Below, one piece after another: positions 27,878-39,709 of a stretch of DNA of 64,000 bases. The stretch covers positions 1 to 64,000 of the forward strand of contig NW_021833054.1 of the NCBI RefSeq assembly GCF_006345805.1. Direction: 5' to 3'. Every line of letters begins with the position of its first letter. Within the stretch, counting starts at the first letter, position 1. The notes below the pieces were generated by a model that was not told where the DNA came from, ran no database searches, and worked only from the letters and a program-made list of their open reading frames with translations. This stretch comes from Octopus sinensis (lineage: Eukaryota). The position numbers and the translations under genes were made by a program.

Positions 27878-29115
27878 ACACACTCATATATACATGTATA
27901 TACACACACATATATATACCTATACAAACACGCACACACACACACATATATATTTGTATATCTGTTACAAACCAATGAAGGAACCTTTACATGGTACACA
28001 ACTTGCTAGAAGTAGTATAGCCATCAGATGTCACTTAGCAAAAAAATACGTATGTGGTTGTGTCCTACCAATGGACCTCTTTGTCACTGCTGTGTCAAAT
28101 TTTGGCTTAAAATATCTAACCTCAAAATAAATGTTATAAATACCATTTTTATACTCTACAACTGTCTTAATCATCATTACAGACAAATAAGTAATAATGT
28201 TAAGAAGCAATTAAAGAGAGTATTATCTTTTCTCCTTGTTTAATATTTCAAAATACTACAGTAGGATCATGATTTTATATTCCCCCTAGAATAATGAGGT
28301 GGTATTGCAAGTGAAAGGTATAAAACATGATCAACCAGCTTACTGTTTCATCAATATTTCATTTGTTTAAAAATATCAATGTATTTTATATTATTGTGAG
28401 GTGATAGGCACTTCTAACCAAACCAGTTCTTCTGGATGAATTGAAATTGTATATTGTATATTATATATATACTGTCTTTATAATAACATCACGTTTTATG
28501 GGAAAGATAACATCCTTCTGACAGTTTGAAGCAGCAACTGGTTATATAGTCTATATCTTGCTACTATGCGATGTTGGAACAATAAATAATACATATCTAT
28601 TTGAAAGCATTGTTTACAGAGGCAAGTTTTGTCACATTCTGCTGTCATAACATACAAAGACAGCAATACATTTACTTCATATTAGCTTCTAGGATGAAAA
28701 TAATGTTGCTGAAAATTATGAGAACTTCAACTCGTAACAAAGATAATTTAATAATCTTCAAGACCTAACTTTAGGTAAAGATACTGAATGAAAAATGCTG
28801 TGACCAGAAACCACTGTATAAATGAATTTCTATCTTGACCTGACCTTAGACTTGACTGTATATTGAGATCATAAAAAGTCATAGCATTACAATAAACAAT
28901 GCTCTATCTTTCTTCCTTCTTCATGATATTAAAACACATTTGGAAGAAGGTTGTGAACAAGATTCATAAAAATAAAACACTTCGCTGCACTGAGACTAGA
29001 AATAATACCATCTCTAGTGATAAAACATTTTCATTTTGTTTTGCATTTTCAATTAGTTTGAAGAATAAAATTTGCACACGTGTGCATCTTTTCCATGCTT
29101 GTATTGGCTGCATAG

Positions 29116-29148
<33 letters not shown>

Positions 29149-30104
29149 TATAATATATATCATCATCATCATTTAACGTTCATTTTCCATGTTGGCATGG
29201 GTTGGACAGTTTGACAGGAGCTGGCCAGCTGAAGAGCTGCACAAGGCTCCATGGCTATTTTGTCAAGGTTTCTGCAGCTAGATGTCCTTCCTAGTGCCAA
29301 TTACTTTACAGAGTGTACTGGGTGCTTTTATGCAGCTCCAGTACAGGTGCATTTATCTAGCACCAGTACAGGTGTTTTTTTTACATGGGACCATGAGCCT
29401 ACATGATCAGAAACATACAGATACAGAGAGATGCAGAGGACATACCTGTATGCAAGGACAACCACAATTTTGTTTAGCTTGATATGTCTTCTCAAGCACA
29501 GCAAACCTCCAGGAGTCACAGTCCCCTGTCATCTCAGAGACTCCTATGCTTATATTGAATAGTGAGAATGAGTGCTCAACCATGCGTTGGTGGATGATTT
29601 TTTTTCATTTGTGAGTTAACAAGGATACCAATTGTTTCATGTGAAGAGATCCTCACAATTATTCAAAATGGAGATAAGTACCTACCAAAAAAAGTGTGTG
29701 TGTGTGTATAATCATCATCATCATCACTTAACGTCTGTTATCCATGATGGCATGGGTTGAATGGTTGGCATGCTGGAAGGCTGTACCAAACTCCAGTCTG
29801 ATTTGGCATGGTTTTCTACAACTTTTATGTGCCACCAGCACGGGTGTCATTTGCATGACTGTAGTCTATAAACAATCATTAACAATGTGCTGCATTGATG
29901 GCAGAGAGACTTAACTCTGAAATGCCCACTTCACTTAAATGCAAGTAGAAACTACTAAGTACTAATTCTATACTGAGGTTGACTGTATCAGTTCTATGAC
30001 TTCTCCTCTGGTACTTAGAGAAGTGAAATAGCAGTGTGTACAAGACATGAGCTATGAGTGGGTTGAGTCTTTTTCAAGTGGTTTTGCAGTGTTTCAGAGT
30101 AGAA

Positions 30105-30348
30105 TGTTTTATTGTACATCCGAGCGTGGCCGTCTGCCAGCCTCGTCTGGCACCTGTGTCGGTGGCACATAAAATCGCCCACTACACTCTCGGAGTGGTT
30201 GGTGTTAGGAAGGGCATCCAGCTGTAGAAACACTGCCAGATCTGACTGGCCTGGTGCAGCCTTCGGGCTTGCCAGACCCCAGTTGAACCGTCCAACCCAT
30301 GCTAGCATGGAAAGCGGACGTTAAATGATGATGATGATGATGATGATT
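30105..30348 (-). mobile_element. Young copy of the (ATC)n-tailed RTE-end retroposon
   Basis: CpG-rich, little decay, (GAT)7 tail at about 30326-30348. Confidence 0.85.
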
Positions 30349-30802
30349 ATCAAAGTTCATTTAGATGTTGGGAATAGATACCAAATTATCTAGAAATGTT
30401 ACTTATCCAGGAGAGAAGATTTCTCTATTTTCTATTTAATATCATAAAGCTGGCAATATGCATCAGCCCTTTAGTGTTCATTATGGTTGAAGATGTATTT
30501 ACATTTTCATATTTGGTCTGGTAAGTAGACGTTTACATTGTAAACTTCATTGCTCAAATTGTTACATTACAACCCTTTCTCATCAATTGACCATACATCT
30601 ACAGCAAGGAGTCATTACAGTTCATTATAATGCAGTATACAAACTAAAACTAAAAAGTTAAACACAAACTGAAGGAAACATACATAGATATATCATGAGT
30701 AGAAATGTTCTATTATGAACTCTAAATCCAATAGCTAAGTTATATTTTTCTTCTATTATTTCTGTGAACTGGGAAAATAATGTAAAATTGAAAGCAACTT
30801 AC

Positions 30803-30899
30803 CACTAAAATTGCAAAATACCCAAACACAACCCCTGTTATGGACAGCATTATTGTATACCATGGTAAATATTTCAGTTTCAATTTTACTGTAAAATAC
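30803..30899 (-). CDS. GDPD5: GDPD exon (YFTVKLKLKYLPWYTIMLSITGVVFGYFAILV)
   Basis: cttttccag acceptor, gtaagt donor, phase 2 to 0; hydrophobic TM. Confidence 0.9.
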
Positions 30900-31101
30900 C
30901 TGGAAAAGCAATAAATGAAAACTCATTAAATCATCATTATCATCATCATTTAACGTCCATGTTCCATGCTAGCATGGGTAGGACTAGAAATGAAAATCAT
31001 TTTGTGGTTTGTTTTGTGTGGGCTTTTGTTTGTGTTTTTAATTGTTGAGTGTGGTGGAAAGGGCAGTGTCCCTGGCCTTCACAGGTCCTTCTATTATAAA
31101 T

Positions 31102-31355
31102 CAGTGGTTCTCAAGTGGGGTCCACATGACCCATTGGGGTCTACATAAGATTTTGTTGCTAAAATTATGTGCAATAAATTGATTATACTTCTACAATAAA
31201 CAAAATATTTCAACAATTTTTTAATATAATTCTTAATATTATTTAATTATAAAAATGCAATAAGATTTTTTAAAACTTCAAATGGTTATGAGGGTCCATC
31301 AAAATAAAATAGGAATGAAAAAGGTCCATAGGTAAAAAATGCTTGAGAACCACTG
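31102..31355. mobile_element. hAT-type MITE
   Basis: 13-bp TIR cagtggttctcaa / ttgagaaccactg; inverted homologue of 55302-55565; partial copy at about 12318-12490. Confidence 0.8.
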
Positions 31356-31606
31356 TTCTATAGCAATGAAACTAAAACCATTAATGTTTGCATTGAAACA
31401 AATCCAGAGAGCCAATGTGTATTTGGATGGATCAGACCGAATTTGTTGAGGCAGAATTTTCTACAAACAGACGCCTTTTCTATGGCCAGCTCTCACCTGT
31501 TTCTAGGCTAGGTAATATTTCCTATGGTCAGATATGTTATTCCAAAGAAGACTGGAAATGAACAGTATTGCATGACGATGATGTTTGACAAAGGTACACA
31601 CACACA

Positions 31607-31637
<31 letters not shown>

Positions 31638-33149
31638 TGGAGGATGTCTTTCAGTTTCTGTCAGCCAAATCCACTCACAAGATTTTGATTGGCTCAGAGC
31701 TATAGACACTTGCCCAAGGTGCAGACAGTGGGACTGAACTCAAGACACATGGTTGGAAAGCAAGCTTCTTAACCACACAGCCATGTTTGCACCTATTATA
31801 AATATTTTCTGGGTAGTAAAGTTATATTTTGGAATATTTCAACCTAATTTACATTTCCTTAAACAATTCCAGATGTGAAAGGTTCCTTTGAGAATATAAC
31901 TCAGAAAATATACAAATATGATTTTATTCTGTTGATCTGTACTTCAAATTGTTGTCTTTTGTAATCTAGTGGTAGTTGGTTAAAACAGGATGAAGTCTCA
32001 TAAAATGCACTGCTACTGAGAACAATAATCTCATTTATGAACCACCCCACTCTACACCCAACCTTCAACCCTACCTGATCTTTACAGATGTTGCCTAACT
32101 CCCTTTCCCTTTTCTATTCCCCCATCTCTTGCTCCACTCCTACACTCCTACAAACCACCCATCCACACTCATATTTCTTTGGTCCCCAGTCCTACTCACT
32201 TAGTACCTTTGTGCCTTGAGGAGCCACCAGAACATCTCATCACCACTATTTATTTTTTAGCAGCTTGTATTGATAGTTTTCACCCTTTTTTCTCAATATA
32301 AATAACTATATAGTTCCTCCAAAGCAAGAAACTGCTTTGTGCACTCTCTCATACTTTAAACCATTATCTCCTAGTATAAAACCAATCTCCCACCCCTCAG
32401 GGTTTATAGTCTTTCAAGCAGCATGGTGATCCTAATAAAGCTGGTGACTTGTAAAAAGCATCCAGTACATGCTGTAAAGTGGTTGGTTTTAGGAAGGGCA
32501 TCCAGCCATAAAAACCAAGCTAAGCAGACACTGGAGCTCGTCAGATTTTGACAAACTGCCCAGGAACATGGAGATTAAATGATGATGATGATGATAGCAT
32601 CAGTAGATACAGAGAAAGAAAAAAAGAAAATTTAGAAAAATGATGATGAGCCCTAACAATGGCATAATGCTGAGAATTCTGCAAAGATTATTATACTTCA
32701 CTTGGGATAAAAGTGAAATATGGACAAAATTAAATCCTGAAGGGTATTTAAGGTAGTGCTTCATCATCATAATATTGTTAACAATAGTGGTTATGTTGAT
32801 ACTTATCTTTTGTTGTTCTCATACAGGATTCTTTAACTTAGCAGTATGTTTGTTTAACATACAGAAAAAAACTAAAATTTGACCTCAAATGTATTCAGAC
32901 TAAGTGATCTAAGGATTATCGCTATTTTCTCTAGTATTTCAGTTATTGTTCCTTAATCTTTTGTGTTCTACCTTATATAAATGGGTTACCCCTAAAGTCC
33001 ATCACTCAGTTGTTGCTCACATTTATTGTGTATATGCAAATCAGATATGCAACTTACACTCAGAAATTTACGCACCATAGCTGATGGCAGAAAAGAAGCA
33101 AAGGCATATTAGATGCACCACATTTTCAACAGCAAATACTAAGGAAAAT

Positions 33150-33529
33150 ATTTTTAGTACATTAAAGCTTTTGGGAGACCCAACATTATCATGTAATGCC
33201 TTACTTTTCCATCTGTTATGCAGCTCTGAGATTCCATTTGATTTGGTTTGTGCTTTTGTTTGTTTTGTTGTCACAATAGTTTCTTCTGTTCCATCAAGTT
33301 GTGTTTCAGTCTCAGTGATTTTTTAAATATATTTCTTTGCACCTTCTGATATTGGGTGTAGATTCTTAGAACTTTCATACTTGTAGACAAGTTTAAGCAC
33401 CCAGTCATCGGTGTTCTTTAGATGGGCATCTACTCCTATAATTACTGACTTAAGAGACTGTTGCAGCTGCATCAGACCACATCCTCCATCCTGCTGTGGG
33501 ATGACTACTACTACTACTACTACTACTAT

Positions 33530-33563
<34 letters not shown>

Positions 33564-33960
33564 GTTACTGCTACAGCTGCTACTACTACTACTACTTCGC
33601 TAGTGCATGTTAATTTAGTTAGAAGTTATTTTATCTTGAGGTTTAGTAACAAGTCTCCTCAAATCTTGAGAATCTTCCTTAGAATTATTGCAGAAGATAG
33701 GATGGTACGTTTCTGCAGGTCAACAATGTGAGTTTTAATATCATCATCATCATCATCATCATCACCACCACTGCCGTCACCGCTGCTGCCACCACCATCA
33801 TCACCATCGTCCACAGCCAGCAGACTAAAGTGACACTTATTTACTGGTGATGCTTCAAGAACCCTGCAAAGATTCTTGCAGTTCCAAGCAATGCTGATTT
33901 ATGTAGGTGTTCTGCCTTCACACTTGCACCAGTCTTTTTCAGGTATAATCCCACGTCATG
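33150..33960 (-). mobile_element. Cluster of R4/Dong-like LINE fragments separated by (ACT)n and (CAT/CAC)n arrays
   Basis: GGCGLMQL...RWKSKALH (33490-33150); IVDLQKRTILSSAIILRKILKI* (33740-33650); HKSALLGTARI (33910-33850). Confidence 0.65.
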
Positions 33961-34237
33961 GTACTACGTACAAGTGGCTTCTGCTGTTGCCCCGGGCTAA
34001 CCAATGTCTTGAGAGTGGATTTGGCAGATGGAAACTGAAAAAAGTCCATCATATATATATTCTTTTATTTGTTTCAATCATTTGGCTGTGGCCATGCTGG
34101 AACACTACTTTTTACTGGACAAATTTGTTAGCCTAGTACTTATTCTATCATTCATTTTGCCAAACTGCTAAGTTACAGGGATGTAAACACACCAATATCG
34201 GTTGTCAAGAGATAGTAGGGAGACAAACACAGATGCA

Positions 34238-34286
<49 letters not shown>

Positions 34287-34600
34287 TTTTATATATATAC
34301 AACAGGCGTCTTTCAGTTTCTGTCTACCAAATCCACTCACAAGGCTTTGTTGGCCTGAGGCTATAGTACAAATGTGACAAGGCTAGCCCCTGGAAATACA
34401 GGTACTAATCATTTTTGCCAGCTGAATGGACCGGAGTAATGTGAAATATAATGTCTTGCTCAAAGAAACAATGTGCTGCTAGGAATCAAACTTGTGACCC
34501 TACAATCGCGAGCTGAATTCCCTAACCACTAGGCCATGCACGATATATATATATATATATATATACATATCATCATCATCATCATCACATATATATATAT

Positions 34601-34658
<58 letters not shown>

Positions 34659-34884
34659 ATATATATATACGTATATATAAATATATAAATATATATATAT
34701 ATATACTGGTGTCACATAAATGTACCCATAAAAACTCTCAGAGTGGTTGGCATTAGGAAGGGCATCCAACCATAGAAAACCATGGCAAATCAGACTAGAT
34801 TCTGGTGCAGCATTCCAGCGTGCAAGCCCAGTCAAATAGTCCAACCCATGCCAGCATGGGCAATGGACATTAAATGATGATGAT

Positions 34885-35150
34885 GGCCCAGTGGTTAAGG
34901 TGTTGCACTCATGAGCGAAAGATCCATGGGTGTGATTGCAAAACAGGGAAGTGCATTATGTTTTTCAGCAAAACACTTCATCTCACATTGCTCTGCAATT
35001 TCTTTGATACATATGCACAGCACACTATGCACCTGTACAGGTAATGTCAGTTTGATGGAGGAAGTGAGCTAATTTATAACAACAAACTTTTGATCACTAT
35101 AAACAAATTATCTGTGCAGGTTATTCAGCAAGGAACTGCAGAACTGCCTT
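34885..35150 (+). mobile_element. tRNA-SINE (tggcccagtggttaaggtgttgcactca family)
   Basis: Box-A head; body cagcaaaacacttcatctcac...gatcactataaacaaat is shared with 5575-5780 and 9205-9440. Confidence 0.75.
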
Positions 35151-36756
35151 CCTGAATCTGAGAGACAAACAGTGTTTGTGCATGTGTGTGTGTGTGCGCA
35201 CGCATGCGTATGTGCATGTGTCTGTCTATCTGTCTCCTTGTCTTGACATTGCAAGATAGTTAAAGACAAGCAGAGTCCTTCGTTTCTAGTCTTCCATGAA
35301 AACAAGTTCAGGCATGGGGAAATATCTTGCTTGGGAACAGGAAAGGGTTGAGTGACAGAAGGGTATCTGGCCATAGAAAATCTACCTCAACAAATTACAT
35401 CTGACCTACACGAGCACAAACTAGACATTAAATCAATGATGATAACAATGAAGATGAATCATCTGCATGCAGCATTTCCTGATAGATACAAAATAAATTG
35501 ACCTTCAAGGCCATCAGAGAGGTAAATGACTGGTTTGGCTTTACAAATGTAAATGGCTGAAGAGAATCCATAATTAACAGATTAAAAGATTTTGATTAAA
35601 TATTTAATACTTTGAGTTGCTAAACAAAAAAGTTTAATAAATTTGTAAGTATGGTACCAAGTATGTGTTGTACTGTAATGATGATACAGGTATAATCAAA
35701 TGTACCTTCAAACTAATTCCCTACAATTAAATTTTTCTTGGAGTTGAATCAAACAGCATTAAAAACGTATAATTTAGAGAGAAATTAGTCTAATATTTAT
35801 TTTTGTGATAACTGTGAAGTTACAGAGAGGGCATTCTTTCTATAACAAAAATAAAATAATAGAAATAACTATCAGAAATAAATAGTGACAATTCAACATT
35901 AGTTTTTATATCAAATATGCATATTTTGATGGTTTTAGACACAGATTAGTGAAATAATTATATCTTTACAGTTATATCTATCTTTGAACATTACTCTTCT
36001 TAAACCCAAGCTCCATTAAACAAATCTTAATCCTATAATATCATAGCTTTCTTAGACAATCTGCAAGCATCAACCACTAACTAAAGATATTTTAGCTCAG
36101 TTTTCACCTCCTATTCTTATTACACCATTGTATTTATTACTTGAGATTTTCCTTAAAATTTGCTCATTCAAAGTTATTGTCTAGGTGCTGGTGTAGCTGT
36201 GTGGTAAGAAATTTGCTTCCCAACCACATGGCTCCAGGTTCATTCCCACTGAGTAGCACTTTGGGCAAGTGTCTTCTACTATAGCCCTAAGCCAACCGAA
36301 GCCTTGTGAGTGGATTTGGAAGATGGAAACTGAAAAAATCCCTTCATATACATGTGCATATATGTTTGTCCCACCACAGACAAAAGAGAGTAGGAAAATA
36401 TGTACCAGAGAACCATGTAAAAAGCACTCCTGTCAGCACCATGTAAAAAGCACCTATTCAGCAGCATGTACAAGTTGACTTTGGCAGTATTTGAACTCAG
36501 AATGTAAAAAAAACACAGAAAATGTCACCAAGCATCTTGTCTGGTGCAGTAACTATTCTGCCCGCTTGCTACTCTATTACATAACATAATGATGAAGATA
36601 ATTTCTGGTTTTTCAGAATTACTACCAGCTCACAAAAGAAATTTGAAAATAACCTCAATATATATGAACATTCTTTGTGGCTGTCTTTTAATACATTCTC
36701 ATCTTTCAGAGCAGCAAATGTCAGAATTATACTTTAATCAGTCTTTAATCACGTAT

Positions 36757-37139
36757 GGGAAGCACTCTGTCGGTTACGACGATGAGGGTTCCGGTTGATC
36801 CGAATCAACGGAACAGCCTGCTCGTGAAATTAACGTGTAAGTGGCTGAGCACTCCACAGACACGTGTACCCTTAACGTAGTTCTCGGGGATATTCAGCGT
36901 GACACAGAGAGTGATAAGGCCGGCCCTTTGAAATACAGGTACAACAGAAACAGGAAGTAAGAGTGAGAGAAAGTTGTGGTGAAAGAGTACAGCAGGGATC
37001 ACCACCATCCCCTGCCGGAGCCTCGTGGAGCTTTAGGTGTTTTCGCTCAATAAACACTCACAACGCCCGGTCTGGGAATCGAAACCACGATCCTATGACC
37101 GCGAGTCCGCTGCCCTAACCACTGGGCCATTGCGCATCC
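36757..37139 (-). mobile_element. Full-length young tRNA-derived SINE with TSD
   Basis: Head ggatgcgcaatggcccagtggttagggc...ggtttcgattccc (boxes A and B); TSD ttaatcacgtat at 36745-36756 and 37143-37154; CpG-rich. Confidence 0.9.
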
Positions 37140-37399
37140 GTCTTAATCACGTATATACACTGTTAGAAGGTATGAAGCTGAGGAATTGTCTGAGATAAAA
37201 TCTCTTAACAGGCTTGTTACATTAAAATCACAATTTATATAGGAATGAGATGAATATCATCACTGCAGTAACTCACCAGAACTACAAACACATTTCATCG
37301 TTGTTGAGCTTTGTCAATGCTAGGTACCTGTTTAATTAGACACGCATACACACATGCATATAGGGGCAGGTGTGGTTGTGTGGTAAGAAGCTTGCTTCC

Positions 37400-39460
37400 T
37401 GCGCATGTGTTGGTCAGTGTTTTCTTTGCACTGCTAGGAGTCATGTCACTGTACACCAGCGTTATGAATTATTGAACAAGTGAAGCACAACTACCAGGTA
37501 AGACATTTGTTTTTTGGGGGTGATTTAGTGAGAGTTTGTTGCTCGTGTTCTTTTTATTTTGTCGAACAAGAAATCTCCACTGAGTTCCTGGCAAATTGTC
37601 TACCTGTAGTTGTGATTAGAAGTCTCACTTAGCAGTGAGAAGTGTGTTTTGGGAGCATATCCCTCCTCCTATAATTGTGCTTATTTTTTACCAATTTTTG
37701 GTGGAATTGTTGTGTGACTGTTTTGTACCCTGGGTTACCAAGAGGATTACCAAGTTAGCCAGGAGTACCAGGACAGCCAGAAAAATAGTTTGCTGTGTTT
37801 TTGAACTGTTTCTTGTCTTCTTCCTTCCTTCCTGCATTTTTGTTTCTTTTTGACTCTGTGAACTTTTGTTTTTTGTGAACTTTTTTCCAAAAAAAAACAT
37901 AGCAAAAAAGACAAACAACACTGTGTTGGAGTGGGGGATTGTCCCACCCAAGCAGTGGATGAAAGACTTTGAAGAGAGGAAGGTGGTGTTAAGGACTTAC
38001 TTAAAGTTGCTCGGCACCATCACCCTCTTCCAAAAGACTCAAATTGAAAAAGAGTTGGCAGAATATTTGCCAACTATTAAATTCATCTCCAGCGGGGTAA
38101 AATATGCAACAGTGTGATTGCTAAATTTGACACCCCTGAGGAGGCTCGCAAATTTGCAAGTCATCCCTTAGAGGGCAAAGAGATTTTGGTTCTTCCCATG
38201 TACTGTGGGAAGGAGTTGACAAGAGCTTGGGTCTGCAGGTTTCCACCTCGGATAGAACTCGAGTGGATAGAAGACAATATCCACCAGGGTAAAGGTGGCA
38301 GCGGATCCAAGCTGCTTAATGCTAAAATTTTGCCAGCGGCTTATTGGGTTGGGTCAAAAGCTATTTTGACCCTGTGGACCCAATCAGCCAAAAATCTGGT
38401 TTTTCCAGATTTTTTGAAAATGGCCGGTTGCAGATATCCAGTGATACTTGAGGTACACTCTCCCAAGTGTCACCTGTGCCTGGAACCAGGCCACATTAAA
38501 AAGAACTGTTCTCAGCACCATAGTAGGGTCCCGGAACAGTTGGTTGGAGAGAAATTGACCCCTCCCCATTCGGAGGGAGAGATGGAGACGGTCAAGGAGG
38601 TGGAAACCTCCTCAAAAAAGGGCCATAAAAGGAACAAGGTGGGTAACAATGGTTGCCCCCTGAAGGATCCGAAGGTTATGGGAGGGAAGGAAACCTTCTG
38701 GACAAAATGGAAGAACTCCACCCTCCCGTAGCTTAAGGAAAAAAAAAAGAAAAAGAAAAACAGGACATTGGTGCCGGTTAGTAACACACTGCTGGCATGT
38801 CCTGAAACCCCATCAGTGGGAATTGTGCCACTGACGGAAGAAACTGTGGCCCCTTCCTATGCAAGGGGCGAGGAATTTATAATCCTCCTTCACAAGGGAG
38901 GGGCTTAGGAGAACTTCGTAAACAAGTTAACAAAAAAAAGGCCGGAGGGAAGGGGTTTTATCTTGTACTGAAGACCCTGATTTGCCTCTGCAGGTGGCTG
39001 CAGAGGTCATAGGGGAAACCAACTTGTGCAGGGTAATGAATTCCTTCCCCGAGGATATATTTAAATTCACGCTAAAGTGGCCTGACTCGGCACCTTCCAG
39101 GTGCTTCAATGAGGCAGTGTGTTTAGTCAGGCATGGAAGTAAGAAGCTTTAACGCTTTGAGTTGTAAAAAAAGGTAAGAGGCTTAGTGCCTCATTTTTGT
39201 AAGGACTTGGAGTCCATTTGTGAAAAATGTAAGAGGCTTAGTGTCCCAATGAACTATAGTAAGAGGTTTATAACCTCAATTGGTTTTATAAAAGAGAAAA
39301 AAAAGAACAATGTTCTCGAGAAGCATCGATTGGCAGGCATCGCCTGCCTCTCTCATCAATATCATTATTATTTTGCTCATCGTTCACTTCATTTGTATTG
39401 TTGTCCAGCCCACACTTGCTTCTATCTATGTAATGTCTTTATGGCAAATTTGATGAAATA
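37400..39460 (+). mobile_element. ORF1-only Tx1/L1-like non-LTR element with 15-bp TSD
   Basis: Frameshifted gag-like ORF1 (37866-38731) with CX2CX4HX4C knuckle CHLCLEPGHIKKNC; no RT seen; 3' end ...ggcaaatttgatgaaataa; TSD aagaagcttgcttcc at 37385-37399 and 39461-39475. Confidence 0.8.
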
Positions 39461-39605
39461 AAGAAGCTTGCTTCCCAACCATATGGTTCTAGGTTCAGTC
39501 CTACTGCATGGCATCTTGAGTAAGTGTCTCCTGGGGCAGAAACTGAAAGAAGCCTGTCACACACACACTTCCGCTAATATAATTGGAAACAAATTTGTTA
39601 CTCAC

Positions 39606-39709
39606 CAATTAAAATCATTTGAATCATTCTCAACCACAAGCCAGAAGTACAAGAAGAAAGTCATATAGATAAAAGTAATCAGGAGAATTACTAGTATGAT
39701 TAAGTCTTT
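39606..39709 (-). CDS. GDPD5: GDPD exon, TM1 (KDLIILVILLITFIYMTFFLYFWLVVENDSNDFN-W)
   Basis: ttgttgcag acceptor, gtgagt donor, phase 0 to 2; matches family motif FW..HND..FNW. Confidence 0.92.

Noticed and set aside
37060-37139. tRNA gene
   Set aside because: Box A/B are present, but the sequence is the head of a TSD-flanked SINE and has no acceptor-stem closure.
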